In this document: positions 1 to 12,050 of the stretch, one piece after another
Layout: each line of letters starts with the position of its first letter
Position numbering within the stretch: position 1 is the first letter of the stretch
NCBI GenBank assembly: GCA_964016885.1
Contig: OZ024742.1
Coordinates: forward strand, 218,612,001-218,676,000
Length of the DNA stretch: 64,000 nt
Source of the DNA: Eledone cirrhosa
Taxonomy: Eukaryota
Reading direction: 5' to 3'
Notes under the pieces: generated by a model
The model's database searches: none
What the model was told of the DNA's origin: nothing
What the model saw: the letters and a program-made list of their open reading frames with translations, nothing else
Made by a program: the position numbers and the translations under genes

Positions 1-2022
1 ATAGGCTTATCCATGGCGCCCTGGACCCTCACGCCCAAGGCCTCTTTTTTTCGGCTAGCCTCACCACTCTCAAAAAGAAAGAGGGTGGCATACGCCCCCA
101 TCGCTGTAGGCAATGTCTTCCGGAGGCTGGCTGCCAAGGTGGTCTGCAGGTCCATAACACCCAAACTGGGTGAGGAGTTTGGTCCAGTGCAACTGGGTGT
201 CAGTGTGCCCGATGGCTGTGAGGGGGCCGCACATGCAACCAGGCAGTTCTTCAACAGCTGCCCACTGGAATCAGCATCCATGGACTCCAGGCACCTCATT
301 GTCAAGTTTGACATAAGGAATGCCTTCTTTAACTGCTTATGCCAGGACCATCTGCTCAATGCCTTCCTCAGCCGAGCCCCCTCTGCCTACCCGCTGGCCT
401 ACCTGTCGTATGGAGCCCCAAGCATGCTCCTTGCTACTGATATGGTCATACCTTCGGCCACTGGGGTCCAACAGGGCGACCCTTTGGAACCCCTCCTGTT
501 TGCCCTTGGTATAGACCACATCGCCCGGAGTATCACGGCCCCTCTCAACGTTTGGTATCTGGATGATGCTATGTTGAGCGGACCTGTACAGACTGTCTGC
601 TATGACCTAAAATCGCTGGTTCCTGCCCTGGCGGGAATCGGCCTCCAGGTCAACTCGGCCAAGTCGGAGATAGTGAATGTCAGCCACGATGCTGAGAGCT
701 TTGCAGTCTCCGTCTCGGATGTGCGGTCCATTCTCCACCAAGTACAGGTGACCCCCAAAGAGGATGTCCTCATCCTCGGGTCACTGATCCACCCACCGGC
801 CATCCGCTCCACCATGAGCTGACTAGGCCTGATTGACGGCCACCCAGCTCCCTTTCTGTCAAAGAACTGCTTCGCCATGCCCAAGCTCCTCTATACCCTT
901 CACAGCGCTCCATGCTACACCCACGCATCTCTCCTTGCTGACCTCGATACTTGTATCCGAGCAGCAGCCGAGGAGATATGCAATGTCAAGTTTGATGACA
1001 TTGGATGGCAACAGGCCACTTTACCTGTAGGATATGTGGCCTTGGCCTCCAGTGCCCGATCTCACTGGCTTTGCCGCGTCCTCGTCAGCAGGGTTCTTCA
1101 AAACACAATAGAACCTTCTGTGTTCAGAGAACATGAGGCTGCCTGTGAGATGTGGGACCGGCTGGAACTTAGCCTAGTAGACGTCCCTCCTCCTCCTTCT
1201 GCTGATGTCAACTCCCCCCAAAGCACTTGGGATGCCATCCAGTGCAGCCTGACCTCAGACAGGTTCACGCGCCAGCTCGACCAGCACTGCCTTGCATGTT
1301 TTCGTACGGCCTCCAAACCCAACTGTGGTGCCTGGCTCCATGCCCTGTCCTCCTTCTCCACTGGCACGCAGCTAGACAACAATAGCCTGTGCATCGGCGT
1401 TTCCTTGAGGCTTGGCTTCCGGATCTGCGAGCCACACCAATGTCGCTGCGGATCCACCATGGACTCTTTCGGCCTCCACCCGCTTTCCTGTCGCCACAGT
1501 GCCAGCCGCCTTCAACGCCATACTGCCCTCAATGAGGTCATAAAGCATGGCTTGGACACTGCAGGCTTTCCTTCCCAGCTCGAGCCGGTGGGGCTGGACT
1601 GAGGGGACGACAAAAGGCCAGATGGCATGACCATCTTCCCGTTCCGCGGTGGCAAACCCCTCGTCTGGGATGCCACTTTCACCGACACTTTCTGCAGCCG
1701 CAACCTGGTGCACTCTGCGACTAACCCAGGTTCTGCTGCATGTCTGGCTGAGGAGGCCAAACTCCTCAAATACCGGTCACTCTCCGACAGGTTTGCGGTT
1801 GTACCCCTGGCAGTGGAGACTTCTGGTGTCCTCGGCTCTAGGGCTACCTCCCTACTCACCACGATAGGCGCTGAGCTGGCCAGTCATAGGTGTGAGCCCC
1901 GCAAGTTGGAATGGCTTTTCCAGCGCATCTCCATTGCCGTCCTCCAGGGAAAAGCCTTCTCCATTCTGTCCGCCGGGGCTGTGGGGAGACAAGCCGATCA
2001 TATTATGAATTCTGTTGAATAG
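1..2022 (+). pseudogene. CRE-clade-like non-LTR retrotransposon (RT + C-terminal restriction-like endonuclease), inactivated; extends left of window
   Basis: ORFs 13-822, 877-1602 and 1627-2022 share one frame, separated by TGA at 820 and 1600. RT motifs KFDIRNAFFN, GVQQGDPL, WYLDD; zinc knuckle CRCG..HPLSC..RH; RLE motifs KRPDG, LVWDAT, PLAVETSG, QRISIAV. A frameshift near 95-100 splits KKKEGGIRP/IAVG. Confidence 0.85.
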
Positions 2023-2074
2023 TCTTAAATACGATTATTATATGTATATGAAAGTCTTAAAGAAAGGGGATGCC

Positions 2075-2310
2075 AAAAGTACTCTGGAATAATGCTGCTG
2101 TCAGTCATCCCTGGGAAAGTTTTCGACTAGGTTATTGTAAATAAGGAGTTAGATGACAAGCTATGGAAAAAGCAAGCATGTTTTCTTTGCAACATGTCAT
2201 GTACAGTTCAAATAGCTTCATTGAGAATCATAGTTGAGTAGTCTATAGAGTGCTCATCTCTCCTATCCCTATATTCCAGAGACTATGAAAAAGGTTTTTG
2301 ATAGCATCAT
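2075..2310 (+). mobile_element. Degenerate RTE-like LINE reverse transcriptase fragment
   Basis: Translates with disruptions to LLSVIPGKVF..LDDKL.KKQACF..SCTVQIASLRIIVE, matching the RTE RT region EQAGFR..SC.DQI..LRIIVE. Confidence 0.55.
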
Positions 2311-2426
2311 TACCCTCCATCTTGATTATTCCTTTTAATTACATATTTTGATTATTCATTTTGCCAATTTCTTAACACTTTTGTGTTAAAAAGATTTGAA
2401 TGTAATTGTTATTGTATATTTTTTAG

Positions 2427-2534
2427 ATCAAATCATTGCTAGAGCATGATGCTGACCTTCTTCAAGAAATTCTCATTGGACCCAAAAGAACTCCGTCTTC
2501 AATAGTCGACTATGCACACTACATGTTTAATACG
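2427..2534 (+). CDS. Candidate internal exon of an unidentified host gene (IKSLLEHDADLLQEILIGPKRTPSSIVDYAHYMFNT)
   Basis: Acceptor tatattttttag|AT, donor ACG|gtattg; 108 nt, phase 0-0, no stops, non-repetitive. Confidence 0.6.
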
Positions 2535-2699
2535 GTATTGTATATTACATCTGCTTACATGCTGTTTAACAATGGGTTTGGAGTAAAGTGAATTTTTAAC
2601 ACTTGTCAAAGATAAATGCAAACCATTATGCAAATTAACTTACTTTCTTGTAAGCTAAACATCTTTTTTTTACTTTTTGTTACTGTAAGCTGTCATCAT

Positions 2700-2856
2700 T
2701 TGGCTGAGTCATTAGAACGTCAGATAGAATGCTTTGTAGTATTCATTTCTGCTCTCTGTTCTCTGAGTTCAAATCCCACCGGGGCCAACTTTGCCTTTCA
2801 TCCATTCAAAGTCGTTGATAAAAAAAAAAGTACCAGTCGAGTACTGGGGTCAATTC
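2700..2856 (+). mobile_element. tRNA-derived SINE, diverged copy
   Basis: B-box GAGTTCAAATCC followed by the family core aactttgcctttcatcc...gataaaa..gtaccagt. Confidence 0.75.
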
Positions 2857-3049
2857 TTCCTCTATATCTCTTTCTCACTTCCATTATCTCACTTATTATC
2901 CTTCTCTGGAAGAAATCTGCTGTTTTCAGACCTGGAGAGGATTGGACTCCGCTAGCTTTAAAAAGTGCCCTAAAAACGCTGTATGTTAATTTGGTGCCTC
3001 TGTGATTCCTTTAGGAGTTACGGGACCATGCCATGCAATGTTAAATAAC

Positions 3050-3237
3050 TGTTTCTACTTTAGGCACAAGGCCAGCAATTACCCCAGTGCATTACTGGTA
3101 CTTTATTTTATCGACCCCGTAAGGATGAAAGGCAAAGTCAACCTCGGCGTGATTTGAACTCAGATCGTAAAGGGAGGTAACTCTATGCTTCAAAGCATAG
3201 CGCCCGACCCTCTACCGATACTGCCAATCCACCGCCC
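3050..3237 (-). mobile_element. Full-length tRNA-derived SINE with 16-bp TSD
   Basis: A-box TGGCAGTATCGG and B-box GAGTTCAAATC on the minus strand; TSD TGCAATGTTAAATAAC at 3034-3049 and 3239-3254. Confidence 0.92.
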
Positions 3238-3439
3238 TTGCAATGTTAAATAACAGAACATGATTATGGTTAAAGATCCAGAAACTACAGTTATTTCAAT
3301 AACTGCAATGTTTTGTCTAAAACCAATCTGGTTCCTAAGATCTATTCCACAACAAGACCATCAGCACCATTGCCATCATCATTATCATCATCAATATCAC
3401 CATCACCACTGTCACCCCTCCACGACCACCATCATTTAA

Positions 3440-3660
3440 CTCTTTAGCATTTAAACCAGCCATATCTTGCCAGAATTCTCTCACCTCTTTCTGTTCAAAC
3501 AGGCCGCAACTGAGCGCTCATACTGATGTTAAGGTATTGTTCTCAAAATAAATAATATCAAAATCTTATAGATTCAATATTATGTGAAATAATTATGTGA
3601 GATAAAGCCTTTATTGTGAAAATACAATAGTATATATAGAGTAATATAAATGCTAAAGGG
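3440..3660. mobile_element. piggyBac-type MITE
   Basis: TTAA at 3436-3439 and 3661-3664; TIRs CTCTTTAGCATTTA / TAAATGCTAAAGGG (13/14 match). Confidence 0.75.
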
Positions 3661-3668
3661 TTAATAGC

Positions 3669-5480
3669 CATCATCATCATCATCATTTTATATCTGCTTT
3701 TCCCTGCTTGCAAGGGTGGGATGGGTCCTATTCAGCACAACATCTATTCACACTTGTCACGGTCCTTCGTCATCTCCACCGTGAGCTTCAGCGATCTGAG
3801 GTCTGCTCTCACCACCTCCGTCCATGTTTTTCGTGGTCTTCCTCTACTACGTCTTCCTTCAACTGGCATTTCTTAGCACTTCTTCACCCATCGGTCATCC
3901 TCCATGTGCATCACATGTCCATACCATCTCAGTCTCCTCTCCCGCACACTACAATTTATCCCTCTCAAACATAGTTTCTCTCTCAACACATCCATGCTCG
4001 GTTGTTCACGCACATTGACATTGTACATCCAACTGAGCATGCTTGCCTCATTTCTCTCCAGCCGTCGCATATCCTTTGCAGTTGCTGCCCATGTCTCACT
4101 ACCATGCAGCAGTGCGCACCTCACACAGGCATCATATAACCGGCCTTTCATACTACACAGGGAGAAACCCTTCTTCGTCAGCAGAGGAAGCAGCTCCCTA
4201 AACTTCTTCCAACCCATCCTTATTCTAGATACTATGACCTCAGAACACCCCCACCCCCTCCCATGCTAATCTGATCACCTAGGTACTGGAAGCTATCAAC
4301 CACTTCTATAGCACCCACCTGCATTTGAAAAATGTGTCTGTCAATGCGACTTCTACTATCTAATTTCCCTGTACACCTACCGCATACGTATTTTTCCCTA
4401 CTGCATATGTATTTCTCCCTACCTGTTAGTTACATCTCTTGTGTACCCAGGATTTGCATTGTGTGCATTTTATAGAATTTATGCCAGTTCCTTTTCTGCA
4501 TATCGAACATGGCCATTTCCCTGACGGAATCAGAGTTTTGTCCTCTTTTCTACTCATCAACACTTTTGTCTTAGCTAGGTTCACTCTCAGTCCTCTTCAT
4601 TCCAACGGCTGTTTCCATAGCCAGAATTTATTCTCTAGCTCCTCTACTGATTCTGCTATAAGAACCAAATCATCAGCATAGAGAAGTTCCCATGGACAGC
4701 CAGTTTTAAACTCCTCTGTTATGGCTTGGATGACTATAATGAACAAGAGTGGGCTGAGGACTGAACCCTGATGTACTCCTACTTGTATCTGGAATTCCTC
4801 ATTAAACTTTATTCCTACCTTGACTTTACTGACAGCACCTCTGTACAAAGCTTGCACTGTCCTCACAAGCTATTCCTCAACACCTAGTTTCCTTAGGGAC
4901 CACCAGATGACAGATCGGGGTACCCTATGAAAGGTTTTCTCTAGGTCAACAAAAGCTAAGTATAGTGGCTTGTTCTTCTCTAAGAACCTCTCTTGTAGTT
5001 GTCTCACTAAGAAGATGGCACCTGTTGTACTTTTCCCAGGCACAAAACCAAACTGCATCTCATCTAGTTTGACCCTTTCTCTAATTAGTTGTGCTAGTAT
5101 CCTTTCTGCCACTTTCATAACCTGATCCATCAGTTTTATGCCCCTATAATTGCTCCTCTCCAGAGCATCCCCTTTACCTTAGTAGCAATTTATGAGAATA
5201 CTGCTGCACCAGTCTTTGGGTATGACACCGCCATATATAGCCTGATTGATGATGCATGCAATCAGTTTAGTGCCTACGTCCCCTGATGCCTTCAGCATCT
5301 CAGCAACTATGATCCAGCGGCCTTACCATTTTTCATTTCCTTAATCGCCTCTTGGACCCTATATTCATCAATCTCAATAGCTGGTCCCTCTGTCGGATCT
5401 ACTGGGGGTAATTTCTCTCTCCTCCATTCGTTCTCCACATTATCAGTCTCTCATAATGACATTTCCAGGCCTCCTTTTAA
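3669..5480 (-). mobile_element. 5'-truncated, decayed RTE-clade LINE with (GAT)n tail
   Basis: Minus ORFs 4870-5130 (QFGFVPGKSTTGAIF, FVDLEK), 4597-4866 (GVHQGSVLSPLLF, LLYADD) and 3873-4217 (LLHGSETW, RLRWYGHV); catcatcat tail at 3669-3686. Confidence 0.9.
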
Positions 5481-5967
5481 ACACTTATATTAAATATTCT
5501 CTTATACCAGATCAATTTTATCATCATCATTTAATGTTTGTTTTTACAGCTAGCAAGGAGACAAGCTGTGGAAACACGTGCCTAGCAAACGGCAATCACA
5601 CCTGTTCACTATCAAGGTAAAGCTGAAGATGTAGCCTCAGTGCATATTTGCATATCATCAGCCACGGCATGCCCAGTCCTCCATGTAGCAGGTGTTGACA
5701 GCATATGAACTGCCTGACCAGTGGAACCTGTCCCTTCCACAAAAAGCAAAACTGTAGTTGCTCCAGTGCAGTCACAGAAGAAAAAAGGCATGATGATCAG
5801 TTAGTAGTTTATGACAGAGACAATGTACACGTTTACCACCTCTGCCTTTCAGGAATAGCTTCGTCTTGGCCCATTTCTGGGTGATAGTAGCCACCCTGGT
5901 TGTTACCTTGTTCCAGTTTTTGTCCAGTCAATCCTCCCTGAGTAAACCACAAGAAAGTTTTCTTTAA

Positions 5968-6117
5968 ATAATTGTTTCTACTTTTGGCACAAGGCCAGCA
6001 AATTACCCAGTGCATTACTGGTACTTTATTTTATCGACCCCGTAAGGATGAAAGGCAAAGTTAACCTCGGCGGGATTTGAACTCAGAATGGCAAGGGCCG
6101 TAACTCTATACGTCAAA
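5968..6117 (-). mobile_element. 5'-truncated tRNA-derived SINE
   Basis: Same body as 3050-3237, B-box present, A-box missing. Confidence 0.85.
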
Positions 6118-6198
6118 ATTTACATCTCGTTCTACATGAACTTTCTCTTTGTAATATGCAATTTATTCATCTGATTATATGTGGTTTTATATTTCCAG

Positions 6199-6354
6199 GA
6201 TTCTCGTATTGCTACAATGCCTTATCACAGTCTTACTGCAGCTGAAAGACAGACATTCAACACCAGAAAGCAACTGCTCTCTTTCATTGGAACAAAAATG
6301 CGAGAAAAACTTCTTGCAGTAAACAGGCATAGTAAATATCAAGACAGTTTTTGA
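6199..6354 (+). CDS. Candidate host exon (DSRIATMPYHSLTAAERQTFNTRKQLLSFIGTKMREKLLAVNRH...); ends at donor 6331 or stop 6352-6354
   Basis: Acceptor ttttatatttccag|GA in phase 0, compatible with exon 2427-2534; open for 51 codons; possible donor ATA|gtaaat after 6331. Confidence 0.55.
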   Translation, partial: DSRIATMPYHSLTAAERQTFNTRKQLLSFIGTKMREKLLAVNRHSKYQDSF

Positions 6355-6394
6355 ACAATAGTTTAATAAGAAAATTAAAAGTAAATATATATAT

Positions 6395-7127
6395 ATCATC
6401 ATCATCATTCTTTTTATGTTTGCTTTTCCACGCCTGTATGAGTTAGATGGGTTTTTTGCAGCACAGCTTTCCTCCTTACATCCAGTGATCATCATTCATG
6501 TACTTCCCATGTCCATACAAATGCAGTTTTCTCTCTTGCACACCACTTCGGATTCCTCTTAAACCCAACTTCACCCTCAGTTCATTCAAGCTCTGCCTTT
6601 CTGTCACATTTACATTGTGCATCCAACGAAGCATGGTTGCTTCATTTCTCTCCAGCCTATGCATGTCCTCTGTAGTCATTGCCCATGTTCCACTACCATG
6701 CAGCATCACACTTTGCATACAGGTATCATACAGTCAACCTTTTGTTGTCAACAGTGGGAGTAGCTCTCTTCCATCCTATCCTTATTCTAGCTTTTATGCT
6801 CTCAGAGCACCCTCCTTTGCTGCTAATTAAGTCACATAGATAGCAGAAGCTATTAACCACTTCTAGGGATTGTTCCTGTGATTGAAAAAGTTTTATATCA
6901 CTGATGCTCCTCCCCTCAATTACCCCTGTGCATCTTCTACATACAAAGTCTTCCCTTCTTGTTAATCTACTTGTTATCCCACTACATCTTGTGTACCCAG
7001 GATTTACATTGCATACATCGTGTGGAGTTTATCCCTACTGCTTTTCTAAATATTGAGCAGGGCCACTTCCCTGAAGGAATCAGGGTCCTATCTTCTTTCC
7101 TACTCATTAGCACTTTAGTTTTTGCTT
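6395..7127 (-). mobile_element. RTE LINE 3' fragment, same family as 3669-5480
   Basis: MLHGSGTW..RLERNEATMLRW..LHLYGH, PSGKWPCS segment, (cat)n tail at 6396-6407. Confidence 0.85.
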
Positions 7128-7362
7128 ACTCCCTGTATATATATATATATATATATAAACAAAGTTTAATAAGTAGAGGGAAGTGTTACTTTATTATGAA
7201 ATGACAAGACGATCCAAAGTTCAAGGTGTTATTGCAATCAACAATTATGTAGAGTAAAGATATCCAAGATAAACCCATAGAGTAAATTCCAATAATTGCA
7301 AATATGCAACATCACAGAGCAAAAATTTGAATAATACAACAATAACCAAAGGTATGGGTGGA

Positions 7363-7472
7363 ATTTATATGTTTCGCTAACAAAATATAACATCAATTGA
7401 GAGATGTATATGTACATTTGTTTTTAAAGCAAAAATATCTTTAAATTGATAAATTATCAGCTCTTCAGAAAT
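7363..7472 (-). ncRNA. Hammerhead-ribozyme-like motif with long stem II (Penelope pLTR-type)
   Basis: Minus strand CTGAAGA-GCTGATAA...TTGTTAGC-GAAAC; stem II extended by ATCAATT/AATTGAT pairing. Confidence 0.5.
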
Positions 7473-7527
7473 GAATAATTGCCAGGACATATTCCATAAT
7501 ATATATATATATATATATATTATTTTG

Positions 7528-7639
7528 TATAGAAATGACTTCTACAGGACTAGAACTTTTTCTTTCTTTTGAAATCATCAGGAATGTCCGTTCTTGATGA
7601 TTTCATACAAATGAAACAGGTCTAGAAGTCATTTCTATA
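7528..7639. ncRNA. Inverted repeat carrying hammerhead-like cores on both strands
   Basis: Arms 7528-7544/7623-7639 and 7570-7584/7591-7605. Plus strand TTGATGA-TTTCATACAAAT-GAAACAGGTC; minus strand CTGATGA-TTTCAAAAGAAA-GAAA. Confidence 0.45.
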
Positions 7640-7807
7640 TAACATTTAAAAAAATGCCTATACTCTACCAATGTATGGAGTACTTTTTTTAACTGTGGTT
7701 AGCTCCCTCCTCAACACATCTCGGGGAATCTAACATATATATAAGATGTCAACTAGTTATAAGACAAAAGTTAGTTGTTATTAAGACCATAGTAGATCTA
7801 ACATTAA

Positions 7808-7946
7808 CTCTTTTGATACCAAACAACCTGAAATTGTTTGCTTAAAGTCAGCCACTTCACTAAATCCATCCAAATTTCCAATCACCCTCAAAATCACTTG
7901 AAAACCACAGGCAGCCCCTTTCATTAGAAAAACTGTAATGGAAGGG
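7808..7946. mobile_element. Degenerate piggyBac-type MITE
   Basis: TTAA-CTCTTTTGATACC start, GAAGGG-TAAA end; internal similarity to 8297-8553. Confidence 0.5.
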
Positions 7947-8090
7947 TAAATGAGATAAAAGTAGTTAACAACTACAATGACTACTGTATATATAATAGTT
8001 ACTAATAAGACAGCAATAATTATTAGTTATAAAGACTGTACAAAAAAACATCAAATGTCTACTATATGTCTCTTTCTCTAAGACCTAAAT

Positions 8091-8296
8091 ACCTTGGGTA
8101 CCTTTAGTTTAGAGACCTAATACATTGCACTATTTAACACCATCACCTTGTACTTGGGCACTTTAAGTTTAGGTAGTAGACCTGATACACTGCACTGCTT
8201 AACACTATCACCTGGTCCTTGGGTACTTTAAGTTTGGGTGATAAACCTAACAAACAGCATTTTTAACACCATCACCTGAACCTTGGATAACTTTAA
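8091..8296. repeat. ~63-bp tandem repeat, about 3 diverged copies
   Basis: Recurring cttggg(t/c)ac..t..gttt...acct..tac...cact..ttaacac(c/t)atcacct units starting near 8092, 8152 and 8217. Confidence 0.7.
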
Positions 8297-8553
8297 CCCT
8301 TTTGATACCAAACTAGCTGAAACTACCCTTGGTTCTATGATACAAACCTGTATATTTTAAGATTTTTACATCTATCTAAAATTTTCCCCTCACAATTCCA
8401 TGTAAAAACCTTTACTAGGTTATTTTCCAAACATCAGATCAATGATGAAAAAGTTAGCCACATTACTAAATCCCTGCAAATTCATTATTATTTTCAAAAT
8501 TATTTGAAAAATCATAGGCTGTATCTTTTACCAAAAATATGGCAACAAAAGGG
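8297..8553. mobile_element. piggyBac-type MITE
   Basis: TTAA-CCCTTTTGATACCA ... TGGCAACAAAAGGG-CTAA (12/14 TIR match). Confidence 0.65.
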
Positions 8554-9892
8554 CTAAAATGCGTATATTTATCCCAAAACCCTCCATCACAATTCCATGT
8601 ATAAAGATGAACACTTTTGTTAGAACTAAGTTGAAACCTTTTACCTTACAAGGAAGTAGAGTAGATTATAGATAGGTGATAACAGTTAAGAGAGTTTTAT
8701 TACCTAAGTAATTAACAGCCTGGTGGATAAATGGTAAGATTATTGGATGCAAGAAAAAATGTAGAACAATTTAAAGAAAATGGTAAAAAGAAGATGAAAT
8801 ACACCAGTTAACAGTTGTGATAGTGCAACAATAAAGCAAGCAACAATAGCATTAAAGGATGAAGTAAAAGTGCTGGAAAATTTGCGAACAAGACAAATCG
8901 TCATCATCATCATTTATACTAATACCAGAATATGTAAAATATTATGATGAACAGAAAAGAAAGATACTATATTGTTGCTTCACCTGTAGCTAATATATTT
9001 ACATAAATCACAGAAGGAGATTACTGAATTAAAGAGCTGGGTGGAACAATTGGTTTTCTAGTTTGTTAAAGTAAATTTTAAAGAAGCTTCTAAGAACTCC
9101 TTTAAGACATGCAATACATACTGATCTGGTACAAGGATATTTTTGTAAGAAATTTAGTTATTCATATTGGGTTAAAAGACAAACATAAAAAATATTTGAC
9201 AAATACCAAATATGATTTTTACATCACAGATAAGAATTAAGTGAATATTGTAAGTAGATACAAATGTTAACAAGGATATTTTATAAATTAGAACTTTTTA
9301 TATAGATTACTCAAAATCATGTAACATTACAAGACCAACTCAGAGTAACTGGTAAAATGATGATTATCATATAGAAACAGTAAATGGATTCTACAGAGGT
9401 TTGATGTAAAAGTCTCTTTAAAAATTAAAGATTATTATGTATATATATGTACATATATGGTGGGTTGTGTAGACATTATAGTTGTATGTAATCCCTGGTA
9501 GTGTTATGTAAGTGAGGATTGAGGGATAAGCTAGATGTGTGGTGGGATGAGTGAGTGATAGGAAGCTGGAAGGAAGAGAAAAAAGAAGGAGGAGAGAAGG
9601 AAAGAAGAAAAAAGAAAGAAGGAGGAAAGAAAAAAGAAGAAGGAAGGAGGAAAGAAGAAAGAAGAAATAATAGTTGGAACAAAAGTTTGAGATAAAACTT
9701 GTTAAAACAGTAAACGTTTTGTGTTTTATGTTTTATTGTTCGTTGGAATAAAATGAAATTATTAAAAAGAATGAAAAAGAATGAAAATGGATTGAAAAAG
9801 AATTAAAAATTAAAAGGATTAGAGCAATTATGACTAGGAATAATTTTAGTTTACACAACTTGAGGAAAACCTTTGACATCAAATATTTGTTT

Positions 9893-10400
9893 ACAGTAAC
9901 TCTGCTGGAAAGCCATCAACACCTACTGCTTTGTTATTGAGTAAGCACCAGATTGCTTCCTTCACTTCAGCTTCCAGGATTTCTGACATGCAGTGTTACT
10001 GTTACTATTTGAATCATCAACAACCTGGAAGAGTCTTTCCCTATGCACCTCCCACCTCATAATGTTTTTCATCTTTGTTGTTGCATTATTTGGTTGATAA
10101 TTGTAAAAAACATACAAAACTTTAGACCATTATCCAGTAATTGTGTTGAAGGCCTTCTCCCACTTATCTACACTGACTTTCCAACCACAAGGCTTTGTCC
10201 TCTTTGGCTTAGCATTGTACTACTCTGCAAGCCTCTTAGTACCTCTGCTCATTCTCCTCTGATGGAAAGCATACAGTCCTCAGAGAGTACCTCCTATCTA
10301 TCAGCCAAAGAGTATCCTTGGATATCCAGGGCTGACTGCTTTTCTTAGGTTCTTTGTCAAGTATCTTTTTACACTTTCCCAAGTTGACAAGTTCTAGTAT
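9893..10400 (-). mobile_element. Decayed RTE (BovB-like) LINE, EN-RT linker fragment
   Basis: Minus strand ILEAEVKEAIWCLLNNKAVGVDGFPAE and QPWISKDTLWLIDRR..AKEDKALWLESQC. Confidence 0.65.
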
Positions 10401-11889
10401 CTGGGCAGACTGCAGTGTTCAAATCAGAACAAGCCTTTGTGCAGGAAGATAAGCTTTAAGGTTACTCAATAGGATATGGCAGCTTGTACAATGAACGATT
10501 CTGACCTGGAGGAGGTGGGAATGGAACAAAAGTTGCCAATAGTCAGAAGGTGAAAATTGTAATATTTTGGCCATAGAACCAATATGCCACTCTCCTCCTC
10601 AGAATCTTCTTCATCCTTGGTGTTGCCAACTTGTTGGGAATTAAAAAAAAAAACATGAAACTTTAGGTCATTCTGCAGTTATTGTGGTGAAGGCCTTCTT
10701 CCACTTCTTTACTTAAACATTCTAACCATGAAGAAAAGTAAGCTTTACAACCTTAATCTCACCCCAACACCGAGAACCACTGCCCTCGTCATCATGGTTG
10801 TTCTTGTTCTCACCATCAGAGCTGTTGTCGAGGTCATCGCTCTGTTTTCTTCTTTGTTGTCGCCTAACTAACCATATCCACCACACTGATTGACTATACA
10901 TTCAGACATACACAATGACACCAAAACAGACACGTACACATAGCACAACCATACCACACACAGACAACTAGGAGAAGGAGAATAATATATAAATTAAAGT
11001 TCCAGCACAGACACACACATACACTGTAACAGACAGATTCTTCACAACTTCCAGTAACCTCACTCATGACAATTGGCAAAAGGACTTTAAAAAAAGTTTA
11101 CTCTGTAACTTTCCCCCTCCTTCCTCAACCACTACTTCACCCATTTCTTCACTCCACTTACTCTACACATCAATCAAAGAGGTAGGATTTGGAAATAGCT
11201 GAAAGGGAAAAATAATTCAGTTACCCATTTAGCATCGAAATGACAACGGCTCAGCCATCGACCACTAACTCTTTACAATACCTACACTCTACTTTTCCAA
11301 GTATTGAGTACTTAGCTGAACAATGGTCTTACTAGTCTAAACTGGTAACTTCCAATCTTTCCCTATACATATTTATATATGTATATATTTGAAATGTATA
11401 TCTATTTATCTATACACACAAATATATGAATGCATGTGTTTTGCCACTATCAATATTGCACATTGTATACAAGCTTGGAGAAAAACACCTTATAGTCAGT
11501 GGTTATTGGTTGCCTGAACATTTTACCCCAGTCTTTACTCTCACTTATATATTTTTGCAATATGCCTCTCCACTAGGATAACAAAAACTATCACCTACTT
11601 GGAACATACCATATCTTGTGTGCCCTAACTGCCAGTTATACTTGAGATGAAATACTTCCTTTCTCAGCTTGTTTGAGATCTCATTGCCCTTACAACTTCA
11701 TTAAGAGTTAACGACCTATAACATAGCATGACACAATATAGAGTTTAACCCATGCTAGCGTGGAAGATGGATGTTAAACGATAATGATGATCATCTATTT
11801 CTGCATATCAAATATGGTTACTACCTAGATAGTGTTAATTTTCTGTTTTACTGCTAACTAAAACTGCTATATTCACTTTTCAGTATCTC

Positions 11890-12050
11890 ATTGTAGACTG
11901 TTCTAATTCTTCAGCTAATTCAAGCTGAGATGAGAACTAGATCACTGGCATACAAGACCTCCAGTAGCCAGTCTTGAACTCCTGTTATGGCCTGGAGCAC
12001 TATAATAAATAGGACACAGAGGAGAACTGAGCCCTTATGTACATCTACCC
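11890..12050 (-). mobile_element. RTE RT core fragment
   Basis: Minus strand VHKGSVL..LFIIVLQAIT..LYASDLVLI. Confidence 0.65.
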
